Of a stretch of 64,000 nt of DNA, positions 10,320 to 20,206 are shown piece by piece. Both the position numbers and the translations under genes were made by a program. The notes under the pieces were generated by a model that did not search any database, was not told the origin of the DNA, and was given only the letters and a program-made list of their open reading frames with translations. Source of the DNA: Acidimicrobiales bacterium (GTDB lineage Bacteria > Actinomycetota > Acidimicrobiia > Acidimicrobiales > Aldehydirespiratoraceae). Every line of letters begins with the position of its first letter. Position 1 is the stretch's first letter. Location: assembly GCA_022425325.1 (NCBI GenBank), contig JAKMFW010000037.1:8127-72126 (forward strand), given 5' to 3'.

Positions 10320-10739
10320 ATGAGCGCCACCGACCTCGCCGCCGTCATCGTCACCATCGTCTGTCTCGCAGTCGTCGTCGTGCTCGTGTTGGCCGTGCAG
10401 GCGCTGGTCCGCACGCTTCGCGAGCTGCGGCGCACGGTCGACGAACTGCGTGCGAACACGCTCCCCATGGTTGACGACCTTCATTCCACGGTCAGTCGAG
10501 CAAGTGACGAACTCGACCGCGTCGATGGTGTGATCGATCGAGCCGAACGCGTCACCGCCACCGCCGACGTGGCGTCGAGGCTCGCGTATCGAGCGTTCGC
10601 CCCGGGCGTGATTCGAGCCATGTCGGTGCTCGCCGGCGCCGGCCGAGCCGGCCGGGTCATCGCCCGGCCCCGACGCCGTTCGGGTGCGATCGAGGTCCGC
10701 AGCACCCGCCGGTCGACCCCACGAGGAGAACTCCGATGA
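10320..10739 (+). CDS. DUF948-type membrane-anchored coiled-coil protein
   Basis: 139 aa with an N-terminal TM helix (AAVIVTIVCLAVVVVLVLAV). This is followed by the helical region typical of DUF948 (TLRELRRTVDELRANTLPMVDDL). Family assignment is from memory of the domain pattern only. Confidence 0.6.
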   Translation: MSATDLAAVIVTIVCLAVVVVLVLAVQALVRTLRELRRTVDELRANTLPMVDDLHSTVSRASDELDRVDGVIDRAERVTATADVASRLAYRAFAPGVIRAMSVLAGAGRAGRVIARPRRRSGAIEVRSTRRSTPRGELR

Positions 10740-11080
10740 AGCGCACCTTCTGGGCGGTGGCCGGGTACACCGCCGGCCTGGGCACCAGCCTGTACGTGCA
10801 GAAGCGGGTCAAGAAGACCGTCGAACGGGTCGCTCCGGAGCAGGTTCGCGCCGATGTCGCCGATCGCAGTCGCCGAGCAGCGGGCAAGGCCCGTGATGCG
10901 ATGGTCGACATTCGCGACGCAGCCAACGAGGGGCTCACGGCGATGCGAGCGGAGAAGGCCGACCTCCTGGCCGAGTTCGCCGGCGACGAGGCGCTGCACA
11001 CCGGTCCGGCTCGTCGGATGGGTCGCCCTGGTCGGGCGACGCAGAGCTTCCGTCCTCGCCACGGCTCCCGCAGCGACTGA
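10736..11080 (+). CDS. Small membrane-anchored hypothetical protein
   Basis: 114 aa with a 4-nt overlap to the preceding ORF. It has an N-terminal hydrophobic segment (FWAVAGYTAGLGTSLYV) followed by a charged helical region. No recognisable catalytic motif. Confidence 0.5.
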   Translation: MKRTFWAVAGYTAGLGTSLYVQKRVKKTVERVAPEQVRADVADRSRRAAGKARDAMVDIRDAANEGLTAMRAEKADLLAEFAGDEALHTGPARRMGRPGRATQSFRPRHGSRSD

Positions 11081-11123
11081 ATCCGGTCTTCCGGCAGAGG
11101 GCCGCCGATAGGCTGGCCGCCTC

Positions 11124-13712
11124 ATGAGTACGCAGCCCACTCCGATGAAGGCGAATGAGGTCCGCAAGGCGTTCACCGACTTCTTCGTCGAGCGCGCCCA
11201 CAGCCACCAGCCGTCTGCGTCGTTGATCCCGCACGACCCGACGCTGCTCTTCACCGTGGCTGGGATGGTGCCGTTCAAGACCTACTTCACCGGAGAGGAG
11301 ACGCCGCCGTTCCCGCGCGCCGTCACGGTGCAGAAGTGTGTTCGTGCCGGCGGCAAGCACAACGACCTCGACGAGATCGGACGCACGAGGCGGCATCTGA
11401 CCTTCTTCGAGATGATGGGCAACTTCTCGTTCGGCGACTATTTCAAGGAAGACGCGTGCGCCTGGGCGTGGGAGTTCGTCACCGAGGTCATCGGGTTGCC
11501 CGCCGATCGTCTCTGGGTCACCGTCCACCTCACCGACGACGAGGCCGCTGACATCTGGGAGAACCAGGTGGGTGTTCCGGCCGACCGCATTCAGCGCCTC
11601 GACGAGGACAACTACTGGAAGATGGGCGACGTCGGCCCCTGCGGCCCGTGCTCGGAGATCTTCTGGGACAAGGGTCCCGAGTTCGGCGCCGACGGCGGCC
11701 CCGAGCATGGCGACGAGGACCGCTTCATCGAGATCTGGAATCTCGTGTTCATGCAGTTCGACCAGCAGGCCGATGGTTCGAAAGTGCCGTTGCCGAAGCC
11801 GTCGATCGACACCGGCATGGGTCTCGAGCGCACCGTCTCGGTGCTCCAGGGCGTCGACTCGGTGTGGGACACCGACGAACTCTTCGCGCTGCAGGCCGCG
11901 GCGGCGAAGCTGACCGGCGTCGATCCGGCCACCGCCGAGTTCGAACAGCTCGTTTCGCTGCGCATCCTCGCCGATCACGCCCGCTCCACGTCACTGCTCG
12001 TCAGCGACGGCGTGTTCCCGTCGAACGAGGCACGGGGCTATGTGCTGCGCCGGATCCTTCGTCGCGCCGTGCGGCATGCGTACATCCTCGGGGTCGAGTC
12101 TGCGGTCATGGGAGGCATGGTCGATGCCGTGATCGAGATCATGGGCGCCGACTACCCGGATCTCGCCGCCAACCACCAGTTCGTGCGTGAGGTCATCGAT
12201 CGTGAAGAAGTTCGCTTCCGCGAAACCCTCCGCAAGGGGCAGGCGATCCTCGACGAACAACTCGACGCCCTCGCCGACGGCGCAGCACTCCCCGGCGACG
12301 TCGCCTTCTTGCTCCACGACACCTACGGTTTCCCGCTCGAGGTCACCCAGGAGATCACCGGCGAACGCGGTGTCGAGGTCGACGAAGACGGCTTCCGAGC
12401 CGCCATGGCCGAACAGCAGCGCCTCGCCAAGGAGGCTCGCAAGGTCGCAGCCGCCGGCGACACCGGTCACCTCACGGCACTCGTCGACGAGCACGGTGAG
12501 ACCGACTTCACCGGCCGCGAAGAGACCTCCACCGAGGCCACCGTCCTCTATGTCGACGACGACACCCTGGTGCTCGACCGCACCCCGTTCTATGCGGAGT
12601 CGGGCGGCCAGATCGGCGACACGGGCACGGTCACCGGTGGTGGCGTCACGATCGATGTCACCGACACCCGGTACGGCGTATCGGGACTCCACGTCCACGA
12701 GATCGCCGGCTCCGGCGGCCTTGAGGCGGGCCAGGTCGTCACCGCCACCATCGACGACGACCGACGTTCGGCGATCCGGCGCAACCACACTGCCACCCAC
12801 ATCCTTCACCACGCGCTGCGCGAGGTGCTGGGCGAACACGTGAAGCAGCAGGGTTCCTATGTCGGGCCCGACCGACTTCGTTTCGACTTCAGTCACTACG
12901 AGGGCCTCACCCCGGAACAGATCGCCGAGATCGAGGATCGCGTCAATGCGGAGGTGCTCGACAACGGCACATGCCGCCATTTCGAGACCACGATGGAGAC
13001 CGCCGAGCAACTCGGTGCAATCGCGTTCTTCGGCGACAAGTACGGCGATGTCGTGCGGGTGCTGGAGGCGGGCCGCAACTCGGTCGAACTGTGTGGCGGC
13101 ACGCATGTTCGGGCGCTGGGCGACATCGGCCAGTTCCGGATCGTCAGCGAGGGGTCGATCGGTTCGAACATTCGCCGGATCGAGGCGCTCACCGGCACCG
13201 CCAGCCTCGAACTCGCCCGCGAGGCCGAGCAGACGGTTGCGCAGGCGGCCGAGAAGCTCGGCATCAAGAACAAGAACGAACTCTTGGAGATGGCCGAATC
13301 CCGAATGGCGGAGATCTCCTCACTCAAGAACGAACTCGCGCAGATCAAGCAGCAGATCGCAGTCGGTCAGGCGCCGCAGCTGGCGGCGCAGGCCGTCGAC
13401 GGTGTCGTCGTCGCCCGCGTCGACGATCTGGAGCGCGACAGTCTTCGTGATCTCGCCGTGTCGATCCGCGATCAGGAAGGCGTGCATGCAGTGGCGCTGG
13501 CTGGTGCGCTCGCCGGCGGGTCCGGGGTCGCACTCGTCTCTGCTGTCACGCCAGACTCGCCGCTCAATGCCGGCGCGCTCATCGACGATGCCAAGAAGAC
13601 CGTCGGCGGCGGCGGCAAACCGGCCGACGACCTTGCGGTCGCAGGCGGCAAGCATGTGGAGCAGATCGACGCCGCACTCGATCAGGTCCGGGCGGCCGCT
13701 GGGATCGCCTGA
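11124..13712 (+). CDS. alaS: Alanine--tRNA ligase
   Basis: 862 aa with class II core motifs (FTVAGMVPFK, FFEMMGNFSFGDYFK). The editing-domain HxxxH motif (HTATHILH) and a C-terminal DHHA1-like region are present. Confidence 0.95.
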   Translation: MSTQPTPMKANEVRKAFTDFFVERAHSHQPSASLIPHDPTLLFTVAGMVPFKTYFTGEETPPFPRAVTVQKCVRAGGKHNDLDEIGRTRRHLTFFEMMGNFSFGDYFKEDACAWAWEFVTEVIGLPADRLWVTVHLTDDEAADIWENQVGVPADRIQRLDEDNYWKMGDVGPCGPCSEIFWDKGPEFGADGGPEHGDEDRFIEIWNLVFMQFDQQADGSKVPLPKPSIDTGMGLERTVSVLQGVDSVWDTDELFALQAAAAKLTGVDPATAEFEQLVSLRILADHARSTSLLVSDGVFPSNEARGYVLRRILRRAVRHAYILGVESAVMGGMVDAVIEIMGADYPDLAANHQFVREVIDREEVRFRETLRKGQAILDEQLDALADGAALPGDVAFLLHDTYGFPLEVTQEITGERGVEVDEDGFRAAMAEQQRLAKEARKVAAAGDTGHLTALVDEHGETDFTGREETSTEATVLYVDDDTLVLDRTPFYAESGGQIGDTGTVTGGGVTIDVTDTRYGVSGLHVHEIAGSGGLEAGQVVTATIDDDRRSAIRRNHTATHILHHALREVLGEHVKQQGSYVGPDRLRFDFSHYEGLTPEQIAEIEDRVNAEVLDNGTCRHFETTMETAEQLGAIAFFGDKYGDVVRVLEAGRNSVELCGGTHVRALGDIGQFRIVSEGSIGSNIRRIEALTGTASLELAREAEQTVAQAAEKLGIKNKNELLEMAESRMAEISSLKNELAQIKQQIAVGQAPQLAAQAVDGVVVARVDDLERDSLRDLAVSIRDQEGVHAVALAGALAGGSGVALVSAVTPDSPLNAGALIDDAKKTVGGGGKPADDLAVAGGKHVEQIDAALDQVRAAAGIA

Positions 13713-14164
13713 TGCGGGCCCTCGGGCTCGATCTCGGTCAGAAGCGGGTCGGTGTCGCCGTGAGCGACAGTGCCGGCGCACTCGCGATGCCGATCGAGGT
13801 CTTGTCGCGGTTGGGTGATCGCCCCCGAGAACACCGGGCGATCGCCGAACTGGTTGAGGAGTGGGAGGCCGAGATCGTGGTGGTCGGCCTGCCCTACAAC
13901 ATGGACGGTTCCGCCGGACCTATGGCCAAGAAGTACGCGGCCGAGGCCAAGGTGCTGGGTGACACCCTCTCGGTGCCTGTCGTTCTCTACGATGAGCGGC
14001 TGACGACTGTCTCTGCAGAGCGAGCCCTGATGGATCAGAACATGAACACCCAGGACCGCCGCCAGGTCGTCGACAAGGTCGCGGCGTCGGTGATGCTGCA
14101 GTCGTGGCTCGACGCAGGCATGCCGCAGGACGGTCGCGGCCTCGGGACGGGGAACGACTCGTGA
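13712..14164 (+). CDS. ruvX: Putative pre-16S rRNA nuclease / Holliday junction resolvase-like YqgF (RuvX)
   Basis: 150 aa with the N-terminal motif LGLDLGQKRVGVAVSD and an RNase H-like fold pattern. The start overlaps the alaS stop, and the alaS-ruvX-mltG order is conserved. Confidence 0.85.
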   Translation: MRALGLDLGQKRVGVAVSDSAGALAMPIEVLSRLGDRPREHRAIAELVEEWEAEIVVVGLPYNMDGSAGPMAKKYAAEAKVLGDTLSVPVVLYDERLTTVSAERALMDQNMNTQDRRQVVDKVAASVMLQSWLDAGMPQDGRGLGTGNDS

Positions 14165-15672
14165 ACGGTCAGCAGCCTCCGAAGAAGAAGCGGTCGCTCG
14201 GCACCTTCCTCACCGGAGCGGTCGATGACGAACCCACGCCACCACCGACCCCTCCCTCGAGTGTCAGTGCCGCGCCCCTGTATCCGCCGGCGCGTCCACG
14301 ACGTCCCGTCACCCGTGTGGCGCGACCCGTGTCGGCCGCACCGCCGCCGGCGGCGGCTCCGCCCCAGCTCAGCGACCCATCCGGTCAACCTTTCGTTCCG
14401 ATGGCCTTAGCCGACCATCAGGCGCCGCCTGGGGCAGTGCTGGTCGCTGGTGTCGACGAGCAGGGCGTCGAATATGTGCTCGAGGACGACCCGCACGCCC
14501 TTCCCATGGTCGACCCCCGGTACGACGTCGACGACAAGAACTGGGTGCGCTACCGCACCAGCTGGGGCGGCTTTCTCCGGCTCGTCATCTTCGTCCTCGC
14601 CATCATCTGGGTGGTGACCACGGCGAGAGGCCGGATCTACGGGTGGGTCGATGCCCAGATCGAGCCCGACGGCGAACCCGGCGATCTGATCGAGCTCACC
14701 ATCCCGTCGGGCGCCTCGACCAACAATGTCGCAACCCTGCTCGAAAACGAAGGGGTGATCTCCAACGCCACGGTGTTCCGGTACTGGCTGCGCTGTGAGG
14801 GCGAGCTGTCGATCACCGGATTCCTCGGCTGCGACACCGAGCGCACGTTCCAGGCGGGTGAGTATGAGATTCCGACAAATCTCGCGTTCGCGGATGCCGT
14901 CGCCGTGCTCGACCAAGGTCCGATTCCGGAGATCTTTGTCGACTTCACCATCCCTGAGGGCCTGCGCCTCACCGAGTTGGTCGAGCGGTTGCTGGCCGTG
15001 AACACCAACTTCGATCGTGCCGATCTCCTCGAGGCCCTTCGCAATCCGAGTCTTGTCTCTGCGTACGCCGACCCGACCGTGCCAACCGACCTTCGTCTCG
15101 AAGGCACGCTCTTCCCGGCGACCTACGACGTTGCGGAAGAAGACGTTGCTGACGAGGCCAGATTCCTTCAGCGAATGGCCGACACCTTCGACCAGCGCTA
15201 CGAGAACCTTCTCGGTGAGGTGGGCCGCGACCCGGCGATCCTCGAACTCGGCCTCTCCGACTACGACGTGATCGTGGTCGCCTCGATGATCGAACGCGAA
15301 GCTCGTGTCGATGTCGACCGGCCCCTCATGGCCCGGGCGATCTACAACCGTCTCGCTCAGGGCATCCCGCTGCAGATCGACGCCACCGTCTACTACGCCG
15401 CCGGCAAGTCGTTCACCGAGACACTCTTCCAGAGCGATCTCGACGCCGAGTCGCCGTGGAACACCTACACCACGCCCGGCATCCCGCCGACACCGATCGC
15501 CGCCCCTGGCGAGGCGGCCCTGCGGGCAGCGTTGGACCCGGCCGACGGTGAGATGATTTTCTGGGCTCGCACGGACGAGAACGGGATCGTCGGCGCCCAT
15601 GCGTTCTCGGCCACGCTCGACGAGCACAACGAGGCGGTCGCCCGCTGCCGCGAACTCGGTTACTGCGGATGA
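14161..15672 (+). CDS. mltG: Endolytic murein transglycosylase MltG (YceG family) with long Pro-rich N-terminal extension
   Basis: ORF track starts at 14104. GTG 14161 forms a GTGA overlap with the ruvX stop. YceG motifs are present (AIYNRLAQGIPLQIDATVYY, SPWNTYTTPGIPPTPIAAPG), with a TM helix around WGGFLRLVIFVLAIIWVV. Confidence 0.85.
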   Translation: MNGQQPPKKKRSLGTFLTGAVDDEPTPPPTPPSSVSAAPLYPPARPRRPVTRVARPVSAAPPPAAAPPQLSDPSGQPFVPMALADHQAPPGAVLVAGVDEQGVEYVLEDDPHALPMVDPRYDVDDKNWVRYRTSWGGFLRLVIFVLAIIWVVTTARGRIYGWVDAQIEPDGEPGDLIELTIPSGASTNNVATLLENEGVISNATVFRYWLRCEGELSITGFLGCDTERTFQAGEYEIPTNLAFADAVAVLDQGPIPEIFVDFTIPEGLRLTELVERLLAVNTNFDRADLLEALRNPSLVSAYADPTVPTDLRLEGTLFPATYDVAEEDVADEARFLQRMADTFDQRYENLLGEVGRDPAILELGLSDYDVIVVASMIEREARVDVDRPLMARAIYNRLAQGIPLQIDATVYYAAGKSFTETLFQSDLDAESPWNTYTTPGIPPTPIAAPGEAALRAALDPADGEMIFWARTDENGIVGAHAFSATLDEHNEAVARCRELGYCG

Positions 15673-16493
15673 TTCCCGTCACCGGCGCCACCGTCACGGT
15701 TGGGGTGATCGGCGATCCTGTCCGCCACTCGCTTTCACCGACCCTGCACAACGCTGCGTTCGACGCGCTCGGTGTCGACGCGCGGTCGCTCGCGTTTCCC
15801 GTCGCCGACGGTGATGGGCCGGCAGCGGTCGACGCAATGCGGGTCCTGGGCATCAGAGGCCTGTCGGTCACGATGCCCCACAAAGAAGCGGTGCTTGCCG
15901 CCGCCGACCGGTGTGCCGTGCAGGCCGAGGCGTTGGCGGCCGCGAACTGTCTGATCAACGACGACGGCGTGATCACCGCCCACAACACCGACGGTGATGG
16001 TCTCGTTCGCAGCCTTCGGGTCGAGAACGACACCGATCCGTCGGGTGCTTGCGTGGTTGTGCTCGGTGCCGGTGGCGCAGCGCGTTCGGTGATCGAGGCG
16101 CTCGGTCGGGCGGGCGCAGCCGACGTGGTGGTCGTGAATCGCACCGAGGCCCGCGCCGAGCGTGCTGCCGCGCTCGCCGGCCCAGTCGGGCGGGTCGGAT
16201 CAGTCGACGCAATCGTCGAGGCCGACATCGTGATCAACGCCACGGCGGTCGGGATGGACGGCGTGTCGTCGCCATCACCGGTTGGATCGTTCACCGCGTC
16301 ACAGACCGTCGTCGACCTGATCTATCGCCCGCTGTCGACCCCATGGCTCACCGCTGCTCGTGGCGCGGGTGCCAACGCCATGAACGGGGTCGGGATGTTG
16401 CTGCACCAGGCGGCGATCCAACTCGAGTTGTGGACCGGCATCAACGCCCCGATCGACGCCATGCGAGACAGCGTCGCCGACGCCATCGGCTGA
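15669..16493 (+). CDS. aroE: Shikimate dehydrogenase
   Basis: 274 aa with the SLSPTLHNAAF substrate motif, Rossmann VVVLGAGGAARS and NTDGDG. There is an ATGA overlap with mltG. Confidence 0.85.
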   Translation: MIPVTGATVTVGVIGDPVRHSLSPTLHNAAFDALGVDARSLAFPVADGDGPAAVDAMRVLGIRGLSVTMPHKEAVLAAADRCAVQAEALAAANCLINDDGVITAHNTDGDGLVRSLRVENDTDPSGACVVVLGAGGAARSVIEALGRAGAADVVVVNRTEARAERAAALAGPVGRVGSVDAIVEADIVINATAVGMDGVSSPSPVGSFTASQTVVDLIYRPLSTPWLTAARGAGANAMNGVGMLLHQAAIQLELWTGINAPIDAMRDSVADAIG

Positions 16494-16669
16494 ACACTCT
16501 CGGGTGTTCTGAGCGAAACCTCGCAGCGCCCTCACGTCGTCGGTGACGGGTGCCGATAGTTGGGTGTGCTGCGACGGAATGTAATCGCCCCCTTCCTTGT
16601 CCCGCTGCTCCGTAGCGTTCGGCGCCGCCCCGACGGTTGTGCCAGCGGGGTCGGTGGGAGCGGTCGTTG

Positions 16670-17524
16670 ATGCTGGCACTCCTGGCGATCCTCGCAATCC
16701 CGGTCGGCCTGCTCGCTGGCGGGTTTGTCACGATGCTCGCCGACCGGATGCTCAGTGACACCCCGCTCGGACTGCGTTCTCGTTGCTCGGCGTGCGGGGC
16801 ATCGCTGTCGTTCGCTGAAACGGTCCCGGTGCTCGGTTGGTTCCGCCTCGGTGGGTCGTGTCGTCAATGTGGGGTGTCGGTCACCGTTGGCGACCCGATC
16901 GCCGAGGCGGTGACCGCCGTGCTGTTCGTCTGGGTTGTGCTCCGGTACGACCAAGCCGACACCTTGGTCGTGATACCGCTCATCCTGGTCGTCGCCGGCG
17001 TGGCCCTCTCGGTCACCGACCTTACGGCATACCGCCTGCCCGATCGGCTGGTGTTCCCGACCTTCTGGCTGTCGCTCGTTGCGATGACGGTGTTGTCGAT
17101 CCTCGAACTGGAACGGCCGGAGGCGCTGCTTGGTGCAGTCGGCAGTGCTGTCGGGTATTCGCTTTTTCTCTTCGTTTTCCATTTCCTCAAACCGACGGCG
17201 ATGGGGTTCGGTGATGTGAAACTGGCCCTCGTGCTCGGGTTGCACACCGGCTGGGTCGGAACCACCTTCTTCGGCGACCTCCAGACGGCATGCCGGCTCA
17301 CCTTCGGGGCCCTGCTCGCCGGCATGTTCGTCTTCCTTGCGTTCTCGCTCGTCGTCACTGCGCTGCGCCACGTCGTCAGCGCGGACATCCTTCCGGATCC
17401 GCTCGACGATCCTGACGACGTCACCCCGTTGCACCGGGCGGCGGTCCCGTTGGGGCCAGGCCTGATCGTCGGGGCATGGATGGTGGTGCTGTATCCCGAC
17501 GCCGTGCTGGTCGTGGCGCCCTAG
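16670..17524 (+). CDS. Prepilin peptidase (A24 family aspartic peptidase)
   Basis: Track start is TTG 16637. ATG 16670 is preceded by GGGAG 9 nt upstream. An N-terminal four-Cys region is present (CSACGASL...CRQCG). It has a multi-TM body with a conserved Asp context (VTDLTAYRLPD; MGFGDVKL). Confidence 0.8.
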   Translation: MLALLAILAIPVGLLAGGFVTMLADRMLSDTPLGLRSRCSACGASLSFAETVPVLGWFRLGGSCRQCGVSVTVGDPIAEAVTAVLFVWVVLRYDQADTLVVIPLILVVAGVALSVTDLTAYRLPDRLVFPTFWLSLVAMTVLSILELERPEALLGAVGSAVGYSLFLFVFHFLKPTAMGFGDVKLALVLGLHTGWVGTTFFGDLQTACRLTFGALLAGMFVFLAFSLVVTALRHVVSADILPDPLDDPDDVTPLHRAAVPLGPGLIVGAWMVVLYPDAVLVVAP

Positions 17525-17534
17525 CCTGGTCAGC

Positions 17535-18539
17535 GTGACCACCACGATCACCGTCGATCTCGGCGACCGCAGCTATCCCGTCCTCGTGGGCCATGGCGCC
17601 CGCTCCGAACTGAGCGCCCTTATCCCCGCCGGCGTGAAGCGCGTCGCCGTCCTCACGCAGGCCGGCATTCCGTGGCCGGTCGACCCTGGCATCGCCTCGA
17701 TCCGAATCGAGCTTCCGGATGGCGAAGCGGCCAAATCGCTCTCGGTCGTGGAGGACGTGTGCCGCCAGCTCGCAGGGGCAGGGTTCACTCGGGCCGACGC
17801 GATCGTCGCCGTCGGAGGCGGTGTCGTGACCGATGTCGGCGGGTTCGTCGCCTCGGTGTATCACCGAGGCATCCGGTTCGTGTCGGTGTCGACCACCCTT
17901 CTCGGCCAGGTCGATGCCGCAATCGGCGGCAAGACAGGTGTGAACCTTCCCGAGGGCAAGAACCTCGTCGGCGCGTTCTGGCAGCCCTCGGCCGTGATCT
18001 GCGACACCGAGACCCTTGAGACGCTCCCGCACCGGGAATTCCAGTGTGGTGTCGGCGAGATCGCGAAGTATCACTTCCTCGGCGGGGGCCGCCTCGATGA
18101 ACTCCCGATCGACGAGCGAGTCGCCGCCTGCGTCCAGATCAAGGCCGACGTGGTGATGGCCGACGAACGCGAGGGAGGGAGGCGGGCCATCCTCAACTAC
18201 GGCCACACGCTCGCTCACGCCATCGAAACCGCCGGCGCCTACGACCTCCGTCACGGTGAGGCGGTCGCTATCGGCATCCGGTACGCCGCGGAAATTGCCC
18301 GCCGGCTCGGCCGTATCGACGATGACCGAGTCGCCGAGCACGAACGGGTCCTGGCGGCCTACGAACTGCCGACGACCCTGCCCGAGCAGCTCACCGACAC
18401 CGAGTTGATGGATCTTTTCTCCCGCGACAAGAAGGCGATTGACGGCGTGACCTTCGTGCTCGACGGACCCGACGGCGTGGAAACGGTCGTCGGTGTCGAC
18501 CCCGAGGTGCTTGCCGCCTCGTTTGTCGCCGTCCGGTGA
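17535..18539 (+). CDS. aroB: 3-dehydroquinate synthase
   Basis: 334 aa with the NAD-binding motif GGGVVTDVGGFVAS. KTGVNL and the metal-binding His context (NYGHTLAHAIE, LRHGEAVAIG) are present. Confidence 0.9.
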   Translation: MTTTITVDLGDRSYPVLVGHGARSELSALIPAGVKRVAVLTQAGIPWPVDPGIASIRIELPDGEAAKSLSVVEDVCRQLAGAGFTRADAIVAVGGGVVTDVGGFVASVYHRGIRFVSVSTTLLGQVDAAIGGKTGVNLPEGKNLVGAFWQPSAVICDTETLETLPHREFQCGVGEIAKYHFLGGGRLDELPIDERVAACVQIKADVVMADEREGGRRAILNYGHTLAHAIETAGAYDLRHGEAVAIGIRYAAEIARRLGRIDDDRVAEHERVLAAYELPTTLPEQLTDTELMDLFSRDKKAIDGVTFVLDGPDGVETVVGVDPEVLAASFVAVR

Positions 18540-19630
18540 CCTTTCCGAAGCTGACCGTGCAGGGCCGGGCTGACCGGCTTCGCAACGCCATGCGCGAACG
18601 CGAGCTCGACGGCTTCGTCGTGGTCGACCTGCCGAGCGTGCGTTGGCTCACGGGCTTCACCGGCTCCAACGGCCTCGCGATCATCTCCGCGAAGGACGTG
18701 GTGTTGGCCACCGACGGCCGTTACGCGACACAGGCGCCCGCGCAGCTCGAGGCCGCAGGCAGCGATGCCACCGTCGCCATCGCCTCGGACCTCGTCACCA
18801 GTGGTGCCGATGTGCTCAGGGGTGCAGCCCGGGTTGCGCTCGAAGGCGACGTCATCAGTTGGGATCAGCAGCGCCAATGGGCTGCGGCACTCGCCGACAG
18901 CGAGCTCGTGGCCGTCTCCGGGCTTCTTCGGGAGCTGCGCAGCGTCAAGGATCCGGCGGAGCTGGCCCGTATCGAGGCGGCAGCGGCGCTCGCCGACGCT
19001 GCGCTCGCCGACACCGAAGTGCTGCGGGCGCCCGGCACGACCGAGCGGCAGCTCGGGCTTGCGCTCGACGACGCCATGCGGGCCGCGGGTGCGACCGGTC
19101 CGGCGTACGAGACGATCGTCGCGTCGGGCCCCAACGCCGCGTTGCCGCATGCTCGTCCGAGCGATCGGGCGTTCGAAGTCGGTGATCTCTTGATCGTCGA
19201 CGTCGGTGCGCTCGTCGACGGGTATCGCAGCGATATGACTCGTTCGTTTGTCATCGGCGGCCCGGATGCGGCGGACGATGTCGCCCGCAAGATCCTCCCG
19301 CTGGTCACCGAGGCGCAAGCTGTTGCCGTCGCCGTCGTCGCCCCGGGCGTCGAGGCGAAAGCGGTCGACGACGCCTGCCGATCGATCATCACCGAAGCCG
19401 GGTTTGGTGATGCCTTCCGTCATGGAACCGGCCACGGTGTCGGACTCGACATCCATGAGCTTCCATCCATCCGCAAGGACAACGCCGCTATCCTCCAGGC
19501 CGGTCAGGTGCTCACCGTCGAGCCCGGCGTGTACCTCCCCGATGTGGGTGGCGTACGGGTCGAGGATCTCGTCGTGGTCACCGACTCGGGCTGCCGCCCC
19601 CTCACCCTTTCGCCCAAGCTCAGCCTTTAG
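18536..19630 (+). CDS. pepP: M24-family Xaa-Pro aminopeptidase/dipeptidase
   Basis: 364 aa with an N-terminal creatinase-like domain. Pita-bread metal ligands are present ([37 protein letters not shown]). There is a GTGA overlap with aroB. Confidence 0.85.
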   Translation: MTFPKLTVQGRADRLRNAMRERELDGFVVVDLPSVRWLTGFTGSNGLAIISAKDVVLATDGRYATQAPAQLEAAGSDATVAIASDLVTSGADVLRGAARVALEGDVISWDQQRQWAAALADSELVAVSGLLRELRSVKDPAELARIEAAAALADAALADTEVLRAPGTTERQLGLALDDAMRAAGATGPAYETIVASGPNAALPHARPSDRAFEVGDLLIVDVGALVDGYRSDMTRSFVIGGPDAADDVARKILPLVTEAQAVAVAVVAPGVEAKAVDDACRSIITEAGFGDAFRHGTGHGVGLDIHELPSIRKDNAAILQAGQVLTVEPGVYLPDVGGVRVEDLVVVTDSGCRPLTLSPKLSL

Positions 19631-19639
19631 GAGCTCGCC

Positions 19640-20203
19640 ATGCCCACCATCACCACCAACGACCTGAAGAATGGCATGACCCTGGAGCTCGACGACGGGC
19701 TCTTCCAGATTGTCGACTTCCAACACGTGAAGCCGGGTAAGGGCCACGCGTTCGTTCGGACCAACCTCCGCAATGTGCGGGCCGGTGGCACGGTCGAGCG
19801 CACGTTCCGCGCCGGTGAGAAGGTCGAGCGGGCCACGATCGACAAGCGCGACTTCAGCTTCCTCTATCGCGACGGCGACGATTACGTCTTCATGGACTCC
19901 GAGACGTACGACCAGATCACGGTGTCGCCGGAGGCGCTCGGCGATGCCGGCAACTACATCATCGACGGTTCGTCGGTCGTGCTCGAAATGTTCGGCTCCG
20001 AGATCGTCGGTACCGACCTCCCTGCGGCGGTGGAGCTCACGATCGAGTTCACCGAGCCGGGCCTGCAGGGCGACCGTTCCTCGGGTGGCACCAAGCCCGC
20101 CACCCTGGAGACTGGTCTCGTGATCCAGGTGCCGCTCTTCATCGATAACGGCGAGAAGGTCAAGATCGATACCCGTAGCGGCGAGTACCTGAGTCGCGCC
20201 TGA
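19640..20203 (+). CDS. efp: Elongation factor P
   Basis: 187 aa with [36 protein letters not shown] and a C-terminal OB domain. Confidence 0.95.
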   Translation: MPTITTNDLKNGMTLELDDGLFQIVDFQHVKPGKGHAFVRTNLRNVRAGGTVERTFRAGEKVERATIDKRDFSFLYRDGDDYVFMDSETYDQITVSPEALGDAGNYIIDGSSVVLEMFGSEIVGTDLPAAVELTIEFTEPGLQGDRSSGGTKPATLETGLVIQVPLFIDNGEKVKIDTRSGEYLSRA

Positions 20204-20206
20204 CCG

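Noticed and set aside
16494-16669. 177-nt aroE/prepilin-peptidase spacer examined for a tRNA, riboswitch or small ORF
   Set aside because: I could find no cloverleaf-compatible arms, no conserved riboswitch core and no ORF with an RBS. It is probably just a promoter region.
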